Positions 1 to 9,775 of a stretch of DNA of 64,000 nucleotides are shown here, one piece after another. Source of the stretch: Thermoplasmata archaeon (lineage in GTDB: Archaea; Thermoplasmatota; Thermoplasmata; Lutacidiplasmatales; UBA184); contig JBKQMS010000031.1 in assembly GCA_052326485.1 (NCBI GenBank), positions 16,904 through 80,903 on the forward strand, written 5' to 3'. The first letter of the stretch is position 1, and each line of letters opens with the position of its first letter. The translations under genes and the position numbers were made by a program. The notes beneath the pieces are model-generated. The model was not told where the DNA came from, searched no databases, and worked only from the letters and a program-made list of their open reading frames with translations.

Positions 1-744
1 TTCGCGGAGCCCGACCCGTTCCTTCCCGAAGGAGACGGCGGTCTGCCGCCGATCTGGACGATCCTAGCGGGGACTCTCGAGGGGCTCGGGGGACTCGAGC
101 GTGCCGTGGGGGCCCGGTTCCCGATCGGTCCGTTCGTCCGAGTCGGCCCGTACGAGACAACCGCGCTGCATTCGATCGTCCACGACAGGGCCGAACGGGC
201 CTTCGGTCACGCCCCGCCTCCAGCCCTCGTGGAGCGGATCGTCGCTCGGACCGTCGAGGACGGCGGAGGCGCCCGGCGGGCGGTCGACCTGCTCCGCCGC
301 GAGATCCTCGGGATGACGTTCCATGAGATCCGGGACGGCGTCCCCTCCGCGAGACTACAGGGGATATCGGTCGAACCGTCCGTGGTGCGGGCGATCGGCG
401 TCGCGTCCCAAGGTCGGGCGGCGCGGCTCGGCGAGGTGAAGCGGCTCGAGGCCCTGCTCGCGCGCGCCCAGGGGGCTCGCCCGCTCCCGACCACGACGCT
501 CTGGCGACGGATCGTACGGCTCGAGCAGGCCGGCTACGTCCGCCGCGAGATCCGTCCCGGGGGGAGCGGAGGGACGCTCTCGGTCGTTCGCGTCCTTACG
601 CCCATCGATGAGTGGGTCACGACGGTCCATCGGCCGGAAAGTCGTCCAGACGCCGGACCGTGGAGCGGGTGCGCCTCTCCTCCGGCCGAGGAGGGCTTGG
701 GGTTCGTGCGGGGGGAGGCCGGGCACCTTCCGAGCGAGCCTTGA
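1..744 (+). CDS. Divergent Cdc6/Orc1-like protein, C-terminal part (AAA+ lid + winged helix), 5'-truncated by window edge
   Basis: Frame open from base 1. 'GPYETTALHSIVHDRAERAF' and 'GGGARRAVDLLRR' resemble the Cdc6 PY..L..I...R..AF and G.AR.A.DLL lid motifs. C-terminal 'TTLWRRIVRLEQAGYVRREIRPGGSGGT' is wHTH-like. Confidence 0.55.
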   Translation, partial: FAEPDPFLPEGDGGLPPIWTILAGTLEGLGGLERAVGARFPIGPFVRVGPYETTALHSIVHDRAERAFGHAPPPALVERIVARTVEDGGGARRAVDLLRREILGMTFHEIRDGVPSARLQGISVEPSVVRAIGVASQGRAARLGEVKRLEALLARAQGARPLPTTTLWRRIVRLEQAGYVRREIRPGGSGGTLSVVRVLTPIDEWVTTVHRPESRPDAGPWSGCASPPAEEGLGFVRGEAGHLPSEP

Positions 745-2920
745 GCTGGCTCGCGACCATCTCCGCGAGGCGTCGGGAGCGCAGCGCCTGCTCGATCCGG
801 TCGATGGGCGCATTCCGTAGGGCCTCTCGGTCCGCGAACCCCGCTCGGTAGAGCAGTCGGGCGCGCACCCGCCCGATCCCCCGCAGGCGGACCAGGTCGA
901 GCAGCTCCTCCCGCACCCCATATCGAATGCGGAACGAGAGGTCGTCGATCGGGCGGCTGACCCGACGTTGGAAGATGCCCGCGAGGCGCCCTGCGGCGAA
1001 GAGGAGCCAATCGGCGTCCTCGACCTTGGAGCGGAGGTCGCCGGCCCCGATCCCGAACCGCTGGGTGATCTCTACGATCGGTTCCTCGCTCACCCAGGAC
1101 TCGAGGACCGAGGCGGTCTTCAGGGTCGCGAGGAAGACGTCGAGGCCGAGGTCGAGCGGCGGCTCCTCAGGCTTCACGAGGAGCTCCTCCGCCTCGTCCG
1201 TGAACCGCGTCAGGAGGTCGGCCTCCTCTCCCCGACGCAGGAAGAGCGGTGGGAGGTCGGGGGTCGCCGAGACGGCCGCCAGGAGCGGGAAGACCCCGAC
1301 CCCGATCGGCGCCCGGGATAGGACCTCTTTCAGCACGATAGCGCTCAAGGGGTCGAGGTAGAGCTCGCTCGTCAGCTCCCCGAAGCGCGTCGCGCGGAGG
1401 ACCTTTCCCGGCACGAGCAGCTCGTTCCGCTCGAGGAACCGACGGACCGTGGCGACCCGACGATGGAGCTCGGGGAGGGGAAGGGTCCGGCCGTAGAACG
1501 TCGCGGCGAAGAACGCCTCGAGGTCGTCGTCGTTCGTGACCGCGCCGCTCGCGACCAGCGCGAGCAGGTGCATCCGGAGCGCGGGCTCTCCCGCGAGGCG
1601 GCTCTGGATCGGCTCGGGAGGGGCCGAGAGGTACCGGTCGAGCATTCGCTCCTCCTCCTCGGGGGTCCTCGCGAGGAGGAGGGCCTCGCCGACGGTGTCG
1701 AACCGGGGGCGACCGGCCCGGCCGAGCATCTGGTGGACCTCCATCACGGGGATCGGGGCTTGCATGCTGAGCCGGTCGTCGTACCGGTTCGTGTCCCGGA
1801 CGATCACCCGTCGCGCCGGCAGGTTGATCCCCGCCGCCAGCGTCGGCGTGGCCACGAGAGCCTTCAACGCGCGGTCGCGGAACGCCCGCTCCACGACCCG
1901 CCGCTCCGGGTTGGTCAAGGAGGCGTTGTGGAACGCGACGCCGTTCGGCAAAAGGCCGCTCAGGCGCCGGATCCCTTCGGTCTCCTCGTCCGAGATCGTG
2001 ACGAGCTCGGCGGCTGCCGCCTTCGCCCGCGTCCGCTCGTCGGGCGAGAGGAGGCCTCGGACCGTGGGGATCAGCGCCTCGGCCAGGAGCTCGCTCGCCT
2101 TGCGGCTGTTGACGAACACGAGGGCCTGCCCTCCTTCCTGGACGACCGTGCGCACGAGCCGCGGGACCGCCTCGCCCGGGGCGGGAAGGTCCCGCACCGA
2201 GAGGTCGGTGAACGTGATCCGCCCATCGTAGTAGACGCCGAGCTTGAGCGGGACCGGTCGGAAGTCGGAGGTGACATGGCGGGCTCCGAGCCACGCGGCG
2301 ACCTCCTCCGAGTTGGCGACCGTGGCGGAGAGCGCGACGATCTGGAGGTCGGGGTAGTTCCTTCGGAGCCGCGTGAGGCTCACCTCGAGCGTCGGGCCCC
2401 GGTCGGGGTCCCGGAGCAGGTGCACCTCGTCCGCGACGACGACGCCCAGCCGGTCGAGCCACGGGCTCCCACGGCGCAGGAGGCCGTCGGCCTTTTCGCT
2501 CGTGGCGACCAGCACGTCCAGCTTGTCGAGCTTCTCGGCCGGTAGGTCAAAGTCCCCGATCGAGATGCCTACCTTGAGGCCGAGCTCCTCGAACTTCTCG
2601 AGCTCCTCGACCTTCTCCTGCGCGAGCGCCCGAAGGGGAACGAGGTAGAGGCCGGTGCGTCCCTCCCTTGCCGCCCTCAGGAGCGCGAGGTACGCCACGA
2701 GCGATTTCCCGCTCGCCGTCGGGCAGGCGAGGAGGAGGCTCTCGCCGGCGAGCACCGGGCCGAGCGCCGCGGCCTGGGGGGGATAGAGGGAGGAGATGCC
2801 ATCGGCGGCGAGTACCTTCTGCCAGGCCGGGTCGATGGCGGTCTCTGAGAGGCGGACCCAACTCTCCGGTCCGTCTCCCCGAGGGTGTGCGGAGGGCGCG
2901 CTGCGGCTCCGAGGAGGCAC
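617..2920 (-). CDS. hel308: Ski2-like SF2 DNA helicase Hel308/Hjm
   Basis: LYPPQ Q-motif, PTASGKS, DEVH, SAT, TPTLAAGINLPAR, QMLGRAGRP, C-terminal HhH (LRGIGRVRAR). True start may be slightly downstream. Confidence 0.95.
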   Translation of the reverse strand: MPPRSRSAPSAHPRGDGPESWVRLSETAIDPAWQKVLAADGISSLYPPQAAALGPVLAGESLLLACPTASGKSLVAYLALLRAAREGRTGLYLVPLRALAQEKVEELEKFEELGLKVGISIGDFDLPAEKLDKLDVLVATSEKADGLLRRGSPWLDRLGVVVADEVHLLRDPDRGPTLEVSLTRLRRNYPDLQIVALSATVANSEEVAAWLGARHVTSDFRPVPLKLGVYYDGRITFTDLSVRDLPAPGEAVPRLVRTVVQEGGQALVFVNSRKASELLAEALIPTVRGLLSPDERTRAKAAAAELVTISDEETEGIRRLSGLLPNGVAFHNASLTNPERRVVERAFRDRALKALVATPTLAAGINLPARRVIVRDTNRYDDRLSMQAPIPVMEVHQMLGRAGRPRFDTVGEALLLARTPEEEERMLDRYLSAPPEPIQSRLAGEPALRMHLLALVASGAVTNDDDLEAFFAATFYGRTLPLPELHRRVATVRRFLERNELLVPGKVLRATRFGELTSELYLDPLSAIVLKEVLSRAPIGVGVFPLLAAVSATPDLPPLFLRRGEEADLLTRFTDEAEELLVKPEEPPLDLGLDVFLATLKTASVLESWVSEEPIVEITQRFGIGAGDLRSKVEDADWLLFAAGRLAGIFQRRVSRPIDDLSFRIRYGVREELLDLVRLRGIGRVRARLLYRAGFADREALRNAPIDRIEQALRSRRLAEMVASQLKARSEGARPPPARTPSPPRPEERRTRSTVRRLDDFPADGPS

Positions 2921-2941
2921 GAGCCCTCGGAGCCGAGGTCG

Positions 2942-4081
2942 CTACAAAGGGTTTGGTCCGGTGCGCTGGGGGAGGAGGGTCCGAGCAAGGATCAGTTCCT
3001 GGATCTCGGTCGTCCCCTCGACGATGGGGAACACCCGGGCGTCCCGGAGCAGCCTCTGCGCGGGTGCCTCGGCCCGGACCCCCGCGGGTCCCGCCACGTC
3101 CACTCCCGTAGCCGCGATGCGGACGGCCGCCCCCGACGCGACGAGCTTCGCGACCGACGCTTCGATGACGTACGGGGCCCCGGCGTCCTTCGCCTCGGCG
3201 GCCCGGGAGACCAGGACCCGCGCCGCAGAGAGGTCAGCGAACGCGCGTGCGAGCAGGGTCCGCTTCCACTCCTCGTCCTCGGCCGCGACGCACCGGCGCA
3301 TCTCGGCGAACGCGCTCTCGGCCACCCCGAGGGCACAGCTGGCGATCCCGACGCGGCCCCCCTGAAGGGATCCGAGCGCGACCCGAAGCCCTCCGCCTTC
3401 CGGGCCGAGAAGAGATTCCCGAGGCAGGTGGACATCGTCGAGCACGATCTCGGCCGTCTCGCTCCCCCGCAGGCCAAGCTTGTCGAAACGCTGGGCGACC
3501 GAGAACCCTTTCGTGCCGGGCGGTACGATGAACGCCGAGATCCCCTTGTGGCCCAGGGTCGGGTCGGAGGTGGCGAAGATGAGCACGATGCCCGCGCTCA
3601 CCGCGTTCGAGATGAACGTCTTCGTTCCGCGGAGGCGGAACCCGCCCTCGTCCTTCGCGTAGCGGGTCGCCAACCTCGCGGTGTCGGAACCGGCGTTCGG
3701 CTCCGTGAGCCCGAAGGCGCCGACGTGCTCGCCTCGGGCGAGCGGCCGCAGGAACCGCTCCCGCTGAGCGTCCGTTCCCCAGTTGAGGATCGGAGCCGAG
3801 CAGACCGAGAGATGCACCGCGACGATTACGCCCACCGCCGCGCTCGCGCGCGACAGCTCCTCGAGGACCGCGACCGTCGACCGGGTGTCGCCGCCGGTCC
3901 CGTCCCAGCGGGAGGGCGTGCCGAGGCCGAGGAACCCCTCTTCGGCGAGCCCACGAAGGATCTCCTTGGGGATCCGGTCCTCTCGGTCGATCCGCTCCGC
4001 CCAGGGCTCGATCGAGCGAGCCGCGAACGCATGCGCCCGGTCCCGCCAGCCTTGCGCGTCGGTCGGCAGGTCGCCTCCCAT
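2942..4081 (-). CDS. Acyl-CoA dehydrogenase family protein
   Basis: FGLTEPNAGSD, GTKTFISNA, KLGLRGSET, IVEGTTEIQ. ATG at 4081 lies about 25 nt from the CTTAAG box, consistent with a leaderless start. Confidence 0.9.
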   Translation of the reverse strand: MGGDLPTDAQGWRDRAHAFAARSIEPWAERIDREDRIPKEILRGLAEEGFLGLGTPSRWDGTGGDTRSTVAVLEELSRASAAVGVIVAVHLSVCSAPILNWGTDAQRERFLRPLARGEHVGAFGLTEPNAGSDTARLATRYAKDEGGFRLRGTKTFISNAVSAGIVLIFATSDPTLGHKGISAFIVPPGTKGFSVAQRFDKLGLRGSETAEIVLDDVHLPRESLLGPEGGGLRVALGSLQGGRVGIASCALGVAESAFAEMRRCVAAEDEEWKRTLLARAFADLSAARVLVSRAAEAKDAGAPYVIEASVAKLVASGAAVRIAATGVDVAGPAGVRAEAPAQRLLRDARVFPIVEGTTEIQELILARTLLPQRTGPNPL

Positions 4082-4102
4082 GGGTCGGGCCAGCACGACG
4101 AA

Positions 4103-4111
4103 CTCTTAAGG
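4103..4111. promoter_or_regulatory. Putative TATA box (CTCTTAAGG) between divergent acyl-CoA dehydrogenase and rqcH
   Basis: Only AT-rich patch in the divergent gap. The same 9-mer occurs at 46086-46094 in another divergent gap. Confidence 0.5.
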
Positions 4112-4151
4112 CGTGGCGCCGGGTCGTAGCTTCCGCCCCGGAGATTGCGCG

Positions 4152-6071
4152 ATGCCCGGCGTCCCCACACCGAAGGACCGGTTCACCTCCCTCGACACGC
4201 TCGCGGTCGTCCGCGAACTACGGGCCCTCCGCCACGCCCGGGTCGACAAGGCGTTCGACCTCCCCGGCGGTGGCTGGTCGATCCTGTTTCGGGTCCCGCG
4301 CGAGGGTCGCCGCGAGCTGCTCCTCGTGCCCGGGCGGTTCGCGGCCCTGCTCTCCGAGACGGCGTCGCATGCTGAGGAGCTCTCCCCGTTCGCGCGGGAG
4401 CTCCGTCGCCTGCTCGAGGGGGCGGTCCTCGAAGAGGTCCCCGACCCCGGCGGGGAACGGTTCCTCGAGATCGTGCTCCGCCGGTCGGACCTCCCCGATG
4501 CGACCCTGGTCGCGCTCGAGATGTTCGGCTCGGGGAACCTCGTGGTCGCCCGAGGAAGCAAGATCGCCGCCGTCGCCCAGACGCGTCGTTGGGCGCATCG
4601 CACCGTGGCCATCGGGGCGGAGTATGCGCGGCCTCCGACCCGGACCGACCCGTGGGTCATCGGGGCGGCGGAGATCGAGGCCGAGCTCTCCCGTTCCCGT
4701 ACCGACCTCGCCAGCACCCTCGCCGCCCGGCTCGCCCTCGGCGGCCCGCTCGCTGAGGAGGTGGTCGCCCGCGGAGGTTGGGACGGGGCCGCGGCGGCCG
4801 CACCCCAGGCGGGCCGCCTCGGGCCGGAGCTCCACCGAGTCCTCGAAGAGCTCGCTCGGGAGGTAGGCGACCGCCCCTCCGGGTACCTCTACCTTCGGGA
4901 CCGTGTTGCGGTGGACGCGACCCCCTACGCCTCGCACCGCTGGCGCGGGGTCGCCGACGTCGCGGAAGTGACCCGACCGACGTTCTCGCAGGCGGCCGCC
5001 GAGTACTTCCCCTCCCTCGTGGCGGCTCCCGTCACGGCGGAGGAGAGCGAGCGCACGCGCGGGCTGAAGGAGCTCGAGCACCAGCTCGAGCAGCAACGGG
5101 CCGCCGTCGTGGAGCTCGAGCGTCGGTCGCAGGAGCTGAAGGCCGATGCATCCGCCGTGTTCGACCACTACGCGGAGGCGGAGAAGATCCTCGCGGAGGC
5201 GGAACCGAAAGGGGAGCAGGGTCCGACCGTAGAGGCCCGGTTGGGGGAGCGGACCGTCTCCCTCGCTATCGGAGAGAGCCCCCGGACGACCGCCCAGCAC
5301 CTCTTCGAGGAGTCGAAACGGGTCCAGGCCAAGCTCCGGGGGGCCGTCAGCGCGACCGCGGACGCGGAGGCGAAGCTAGCCAAGCTCGCGAAGCAAGCGT
5401 TGGCGTCGCCGGCGCCGACGCAGAGCGGTTCCGTGGTCTCCCCCGGGCCCCGTCGCCAGCGGGTCCACTGGTTCGAGCGGTACCGATGGTTCTTGAGCTC
5501 GGAAGCAGGCGTCGTCATCGCGGGCCGGGACGCCTCGTCGAACGACCTGGTCGTCCGCCGCAACCTCAAGGACGGGGATTTCTACGTCCACGCGGACCTC
5601 CACGGAGCCGCGAGCGTCGTCGTGAAGCACGCCGCGCCGGGGGAGCCCCCCCTCAGCGACCTCACCCTCCGCGAGGCCGGGCAGTGGGCGGTCGCGTTTT
5701 CGAAGGCCTGGAGAGCCGGTCTCGCCTCGGCCGAGGCGTTCTGGGTCGAGAGCGAGCAGGTCTCGAAGAAGGCGGCGAGCGGTGAGTTCGTGGCCCGCGG
5801 CGCGTGGGTGATCCACGGCACGAAGCACGTGATGAAGGACCTCCCGCTCGAGCTGGCGATCGGAACGATCCGTTACGAAGGGGACGAGCGGTGGACCGTC
5901 GCCCCACCCGCGGCCGTGCGCGCTCTTGGAGAGGTCCGGGTCCTTCTTACCCCGGGCGAGGAACGGGAGCGAGGGGAACGCGAGGTCGAGCTCTCGAAAG
6001 AGCTCGGCCTTCCGCGTCCGGTCCTCCAGTCCCTGTTGCCGGCGGGCGGCCTGTCGGTCCGCCGACCGTAG
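4152..6071 (+). CDS. rqcH: Ribosome quality control protein Rqc2/RqcH (NFACT/NEMF family)
   Basis: N-terminal TSLD, LEMFGSGNLVV, coiled coil, WFERYRWFLSS, GRDASSND, HADLHGA, SKAW, SGEFVARGAWVIHG. Confidence 0.93.
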   Translation: MPGVPTPKDRFTSLDTLAVVRELRALRHARVDKAFDLPGGGWSILFRVPREGRRELLLVPGRFAALLSETASHAEELSPFARELRRLLEGAVLEEVPDPGGERFLEIVLRRSDLPDATLVALEMFGSGNLVVARGSKIAAVAQTRRWAHRTVAIGAEYARPPTRTDPWVIGAAEIEAELSRSRTDLASTLAARLALGGPLAEEVVARGGWDGAAAAAPQAGRLGPELHRVLEELAREVGDRPSGYLYLRDRVAVDATPYASHRWRGVADVAEVTRPTFSQAAAEYFPSLVAAPVTAEESERTRGLKELEHQLEQQRAAVVELERRSQELKADASAVFDHYAEAEKILAEAEPKGEQGPTVEARLGERTVSLAIGESPRTTAQHLFEESKRVQAKLRGAVSATADAEAKLAKLAKQALASPAPTQSGSVVSPGPRRQRVHWFERYRWFLSSEAGVVIAGRDASSNDLVVRRNLKDGDFYVHADLHGAASVVVKHAAPGEPPLSDLTLREAGQWAVAFSKAWRAGLASAEAFWVESEQVSKKAASGEFVARGAWVIHGTKHVMKDLPLELAIGTIRYEGDERWTVAPPAAVRALGEVRVLLTPGEERERGEREVELSKELGLPRPVLQSLLPAGGLSVRRP

Positions 6072-6712
6072 ATCCGCTGGACCTCCTGGGCGGCGAAGGC
6101 GTCGCCGGGAAGTCGCCACGTCTTCCCTCTCGCCCGCAGGGCCACGATGTCGAGCGGGGTCCCGTCGGCCTTCAGTCGACCGCCCACTTCGAAGACCGTC
6201 TCCGGGGGAACGACGAGCCGTGTCGCTCGCGTGAACCGTCCCTCCACGATGGATACCGGGACGACCGCACCCTCATCGCGGACCACCCACAGCGTCTCGA
6301 CCTCGTCCGTCAGCGCCTCGGGCACCCGATTCCCTGTCCGAGTGTCGATCCGTCGGACCCGGAACGGCCGGTGGGACCCCGGGACCTCGGAACCGACCTG
6401 GATCCGGACGTGGGCGGGGAGCTCGACGCGGGACCGGACCGAGGTCCTACCCTCCGAGACGATCTGTGCGACCTCGACGCGCTCCGGGGGCCGCGATTCG
6501 AACCGGTGGGTCCACTGGCACACCCGGCAGCGGGCCGTCCCCTGCACGGGACCCGAACCCGTCCGCCGGGTCGGGTCCATCCGCAAGATGCGGTGGGGCG
6601 TCTCCGCGCCGCAGTTGTCGCACCACAGGGCCGCAGCGTGCAGCCGAGGGGTTCGCGCGGCGGGAGCGGAACCGGAGGCGTCGGGTCCCTCGTCCGGCTC
6701 TGGCGCTCCCAT
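5873..6712 (-). CDS. Archaeal Zn-finger protein (HVO_0476/COG1326-like)
   Basis: WCDNCGAETPHRILR...RCRVCQWTH, VETLWV..., ends 'AQEVQRIYGRR' followed by a low-complexity tail antisense to rqcH. Confidence 0.75.
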   Translation of the reverse strand: MGAPEPDEGPDASGSAPAARTPRLHAAALWCDNCGAETPHRILRMDPTRRTGSGPVQGTARCRVCQWTHRFESRPPERVEVAQIVSEGRTSVRSRVELPAHVRIQVGSEVPGSHRPFRVRRIDTRTGNRVPEALTDEVETLWVVRDEGAVVPVSIVEGRFTRATRLVVPPETVFEVGGRLKADGTPLDIVALRARGKTWRLPGDAFAAQEVQRIYGRRTDRPPAGNRDWRTGRGRPSSFESSTSRSPRSRSSPGVRRTRTSPRARTAAGGATVHRSSPS

Positions 6713-6857
6713 CTTCCCCCGGGTGAATCCCGCGCGCGGATGACGCTTCCGCGCAGCGGACGGTTCGGAAGACCCCGACCTCATGGACCCGCGGGGCCGA
6801 GGGGCCGACCTAAAGGCTATAGTCCCGGTCCCCCGATGAAGACGGGAAGGCGCGGGC

Positions 6858-7970
6858 GTGCGGGTTCTCCTGGCGGTCTTCCGGTATCTGCCCGTGCTCG
6901 GCGGCAGCACGCGGCTCGCCCAGCTCCTCGCGGAAGGGCTCGTGGCGAAGGGGCACGACGTCACGGTCATCTCGCAATCGGAACCGGGGAGCCCGGACCA
7001 GGAGTCGATCGGGGGGGTAAAGGTCGTTCGGCTCGGGATGCGGAACGTCGCCGGTTTTCGCATCCCGCGTGGCTACCTGCGGCAGCTGCGAGCATTGGAC
7101 GCCGACGTGTTCCACCTCGAGGGGAATCGGATCTGGGTGGCGGACTACTACTTCCCCTTCGCTCGATCGTTCTCCTGGCCGCAAGTGGTCTCCCCGCTCG
7201 GCTTCTACCATTACTGGATGCGTCGGGGGTTCGTCCGTTGGCTCTACTACGACCGCTACCTTCCCGGTCGGCTGAAGGCGTTCGACGGCTACGCCGCGCT
7301 GACCGAGGGGGAACGCGACCAGGTCGTGCGCTGGGGCTATCCGCCCGAGCGTGCCCGGGTGATCCCGCCGGGGATCGACCTCGCCGAGTTCGCCGCGGTG
7401 CCCCCGGGGGTCGAAGGGCTGCGGGCCTCCTGGAAGCTCTCGACCCCGCACATCGCACTCTACGTGGGCGGGCTCTACGACAACAAGCGAGTGGACCGGC
7501 TCGTTCGAGCCGTCGCCGAGACCCGGGGGAAGTGGGGCCTCGTTGTGATCGGGTCGGACATCCCCGGGACGCCGTATGACCGGGCGCATTGCGAGGCGCT
7601 GGCCCGAGAGCTCTCGGCGCCCGTACGGTTCCTCGGCCCCCAACCTCGACCGGTCGTTCTGCAGGCGCTCGCCGGGGCGGATGCGTATCTTCTGGGGAGC
7701 GCGTTCGAAGGGTTCGGGATCAGCCTCCTCGAGGCGATGGCCGCGGGATGCCCCTTCATCGCGTTCGACGCAGGGGCGGCCCGAGAGCTGGCGGCGACCG
7801 GAGCGGGGTCCGTGGTCGCCTCGGAGCACGATATGGCGGCCCGCCTGGCCGACGTCGTAGAGCGGCGCGAAGAGGTCCGGCGGGCCGCGCTCAAGGCCGT
7901 GCGAGGCTACTCAGTCGAAGGGATGGTCGATCGGCATCTCGACCTCTACCGGTCGATCCCGTCGAAGTAG
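6858..7970 (+). CDS. Glycosyltransferase family 4 (GT-B)
   Basis: YLPVLGG, GHDVTVI, VIPPGID, YVGGL..NKRV, EGFGISLLEAMAAG. Confidence 0.92.
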   Translation: MRVLLAVFRYLPVLGGSTRLAQLLAEGLVAKGHDVTVISQSEPGSPDQESIGGVKVVRLGMRNVAGFRIPRGYLRQLRALDADVFHLEGNRIWVADYYFPFARSFSWPQVVSPLGFYHYWMRRGFVRWLYYDRYLPGRLKAFDGYAALTEGERDQVVRWGYPPERARVIPPGIDLAEFAAVPPGVEGLRASWKLSTPHIALYVGGLYDNKRVDRLVRAVAETRGKWGLVVIGSDIPGTPYDRAHCEALARELSAPVRFLGPQPRPVVLQALAGADAYLLGSAFEGFGISLLEAMAAGCPFIAFDAGAARELAATGAGSVVASEHDMAARLADVVERREEVRRAALKAVRGYSVEGMVDRHLDLYRSIPSK

Positions 7971-8041
7971 TCCGGGAGCCTCGCCGGGCCGCCATAAGTC
8001 CTACCGCGCAGCCCATATCGACCGTGCGTCTTTGCGCCCCC

Positions 8042-9073
8042 GTGGAAACGGCGGGAGAGGCGCCCTCCGCGGAACGGGTCGATGCCCACTCCCCCTCCTC
8101 GAGCGGCGGAGCGACCGGGGCGAGGGCCCTCCGGGTCAGTGTCGTGGTCGGGGCCCATACGCGAGTCCAGTTCCTGAAGCGGGCGGTCGAGTCCGTCCGT
8201 CGGCAGGGAGCGGACGAGATCATCGTGGTCAAGTTCGCGCGAAACCCCGAGCTGGACGAGGAGCTCTCAAAGATGGGAGCCCGGGTCCTGCTGACGAAAG
8301 AACCCCTGCCGGGAGGGAAGTTCGCCGAGGGGGTCGAGGCCGCCACGGGGGAGGTCATCGCGTTCCTCGACGACGACGACGTCCTTCTTCCCGGCAAGAT
8401 CCGCCGGGTCCGGGAGGTGTTCAGCGACCCTCGCGTGGTGCTCCATGCGAATCGTTTCGTCCCGTTCACCGAGACGCCCCCCGAAGGCGGAGAGCTCGGA
8501 CCGATCCAGCTGTTCGAAACCGGGGCCGGCGACCAGTACCGGAGCGGGCTGCGACCCGTGATCTCAAGCTGCATGTCCGTGCGCTCGGAGATGATCCGGC
8601 CGTGGGTCAACGACCTCCGCCAGCTCGCGGTCTCCGACCACACAATATTCATGATGGCCGTGAAGGCCCGGAAACGGATCGCGATGGACCAAAGCGTCCT
8701 GACGGGGTGGCATCTCAACCAGGTCAAGGGAGAGCTTCGCCCGGCGAACAGCATCTGGTATCAGCCCGGCGCGAACGCCGAACGCGACATCCACTGGATG
8801 CTGGACCTTCTCGACTCCGAGACGGGCGGGGTGCGGCGGACATTGAACCCCATGGTCGTGAAGGCGATCGTACACCTGGTCTTCCTGACCGGCGATCTCG
8901 AGTTCCGAGAATACCGGCGGACGATGCGCGGGCTTCTCGCCGGCGTGGGAGTGCGCCGGCCCCTGACCGTCCCGACCACGCTGATGTTCGGCTATCCGCT
9001 CTCTCCCCGGCTGGCGCTCACCCTCTACCGCGTCTGGAAGTCGCTCGTGGGGTTCCACTACATCCAAAGCTGA
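8042..9073 (+). CDS. Glycosyltransferase family 2 (GT-A)
   Basis: VSVVV...R..FLKRAVESV, EIIVV, ATGEVIAFLDDDD. Start uncertain (GTG 8024 or 8042). Confidence 0.85.
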   Translation: METAGEAPSAERVDAHSPSSSGGATGARALRVSVVVGAHTRVQFLKRAVESVRRQGADEIIVVKFARNPELDEELSKMGARVLLTKEPLPGGKFAEGVEAATGEVIAFLDDDDVLLPGKIRRVREVFSDPRVVLHANRFVPFTETPPEGGELGPIQLFETGAGDQYRSGLRPVISSCMSVRSEMIRPWVNDLRQLAVSDHTIFMMAVKARKRIAMDQSVLTGWHLNQVKGELRPANSIWYQPGANAERDIHWMLDLLDSETGGVRRTLNPMVVKAIVHLVFLTGDLEFREYRRTMRGLLAGVGVRRPLTVPTTLMFGYPLSPRLALTLYRVWKSLVGFHYIQS

Positions 9074-9160
9074 AGCGTCAGCGCGAAAGCTCGACGGCCG
9101 GGGCTGGGAGCCCGCGTGGGCCTCAGTCAACGGCTCGAGCGGGGCGGTCCCGCCCCGCGG

Positions 9161-9775
9161 TCAGTGAGAGCGGTCGGCCGGAGAACCGCTCGGCGAAACG
9201 GACCGGGGCGAGGAAGCAGGGTTCTCCTTCGGCTTCCGCACAACGCAGTAGATGTAGTGCCGGCGGCCGATCGGCAGTCGGCGAAGCACCCGTTCCAGCC
9301 GAGGAACGTAATGCTGAAGGTGCCAGGTGTTCCAGACCGATTCTCCGCCGATCCAGCGGTCCGTCCGGATCTCGACGAGCTCCCATGGCTTGCGGGCGTA
9401 CAGGTAGTCCCGAGCGGGGGTCCAGAGGTGGGTGAACGACTTCTCGTTGAAGAACCGGCGATGGGTCGGGTCGTTGTACGTGGCGGGCCACTGATGGTGC
9501 GGGACGTCGAACGAGAAGGTCCCGCCGGGCTTCAGGATGCGCCACACTTCGTCAAAGAACCGGAAGAACAGGTCGTCCCCGGCCGCCGTGTTCTGGTGAG
9601 GCAAGTGCTCGATGAGCTGGTGGGAGATGACCGCATCGTACGTCTGGTCGGGGATGGGCCACGGGAGGCTCGTGACGTCGTGCACGATCGTCACGCCGGG
9701 GTACGGGTAGAAGTCGAGGCCCGCGTCGGCCTTCGGGTCCCGGGCGGCCCCGCATCCGATGTCGATCGTGCTCAT
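9161..9775 (-). CDS. Class I SAM-dependent methyltransferase (type 11-like)
   Basis: IDIGCG motif I, LPWPIPDQTYD, HQLIEHL, EVWRILKPGG, DPTH. Confidence 0.88.
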   Translation of the reverse strand: MSTIDIGCGAARDPKADAGLDFYPYPGVTIVHDVTSLPWPIPDQTYDAVISHQLIEHLPHQNTAAGDDLFFRFFDEVWRILKPGGTFSFDVPHHQWPATYNDPTHRRFFNEKSFTHLWTPARDYLYARKPWELVEIRTDRWIGGESVWNTWHLQHYVPRLERVLRRLPIGRRHYIYCVVRKPKENPASSPRSVSPSGSPADRSH

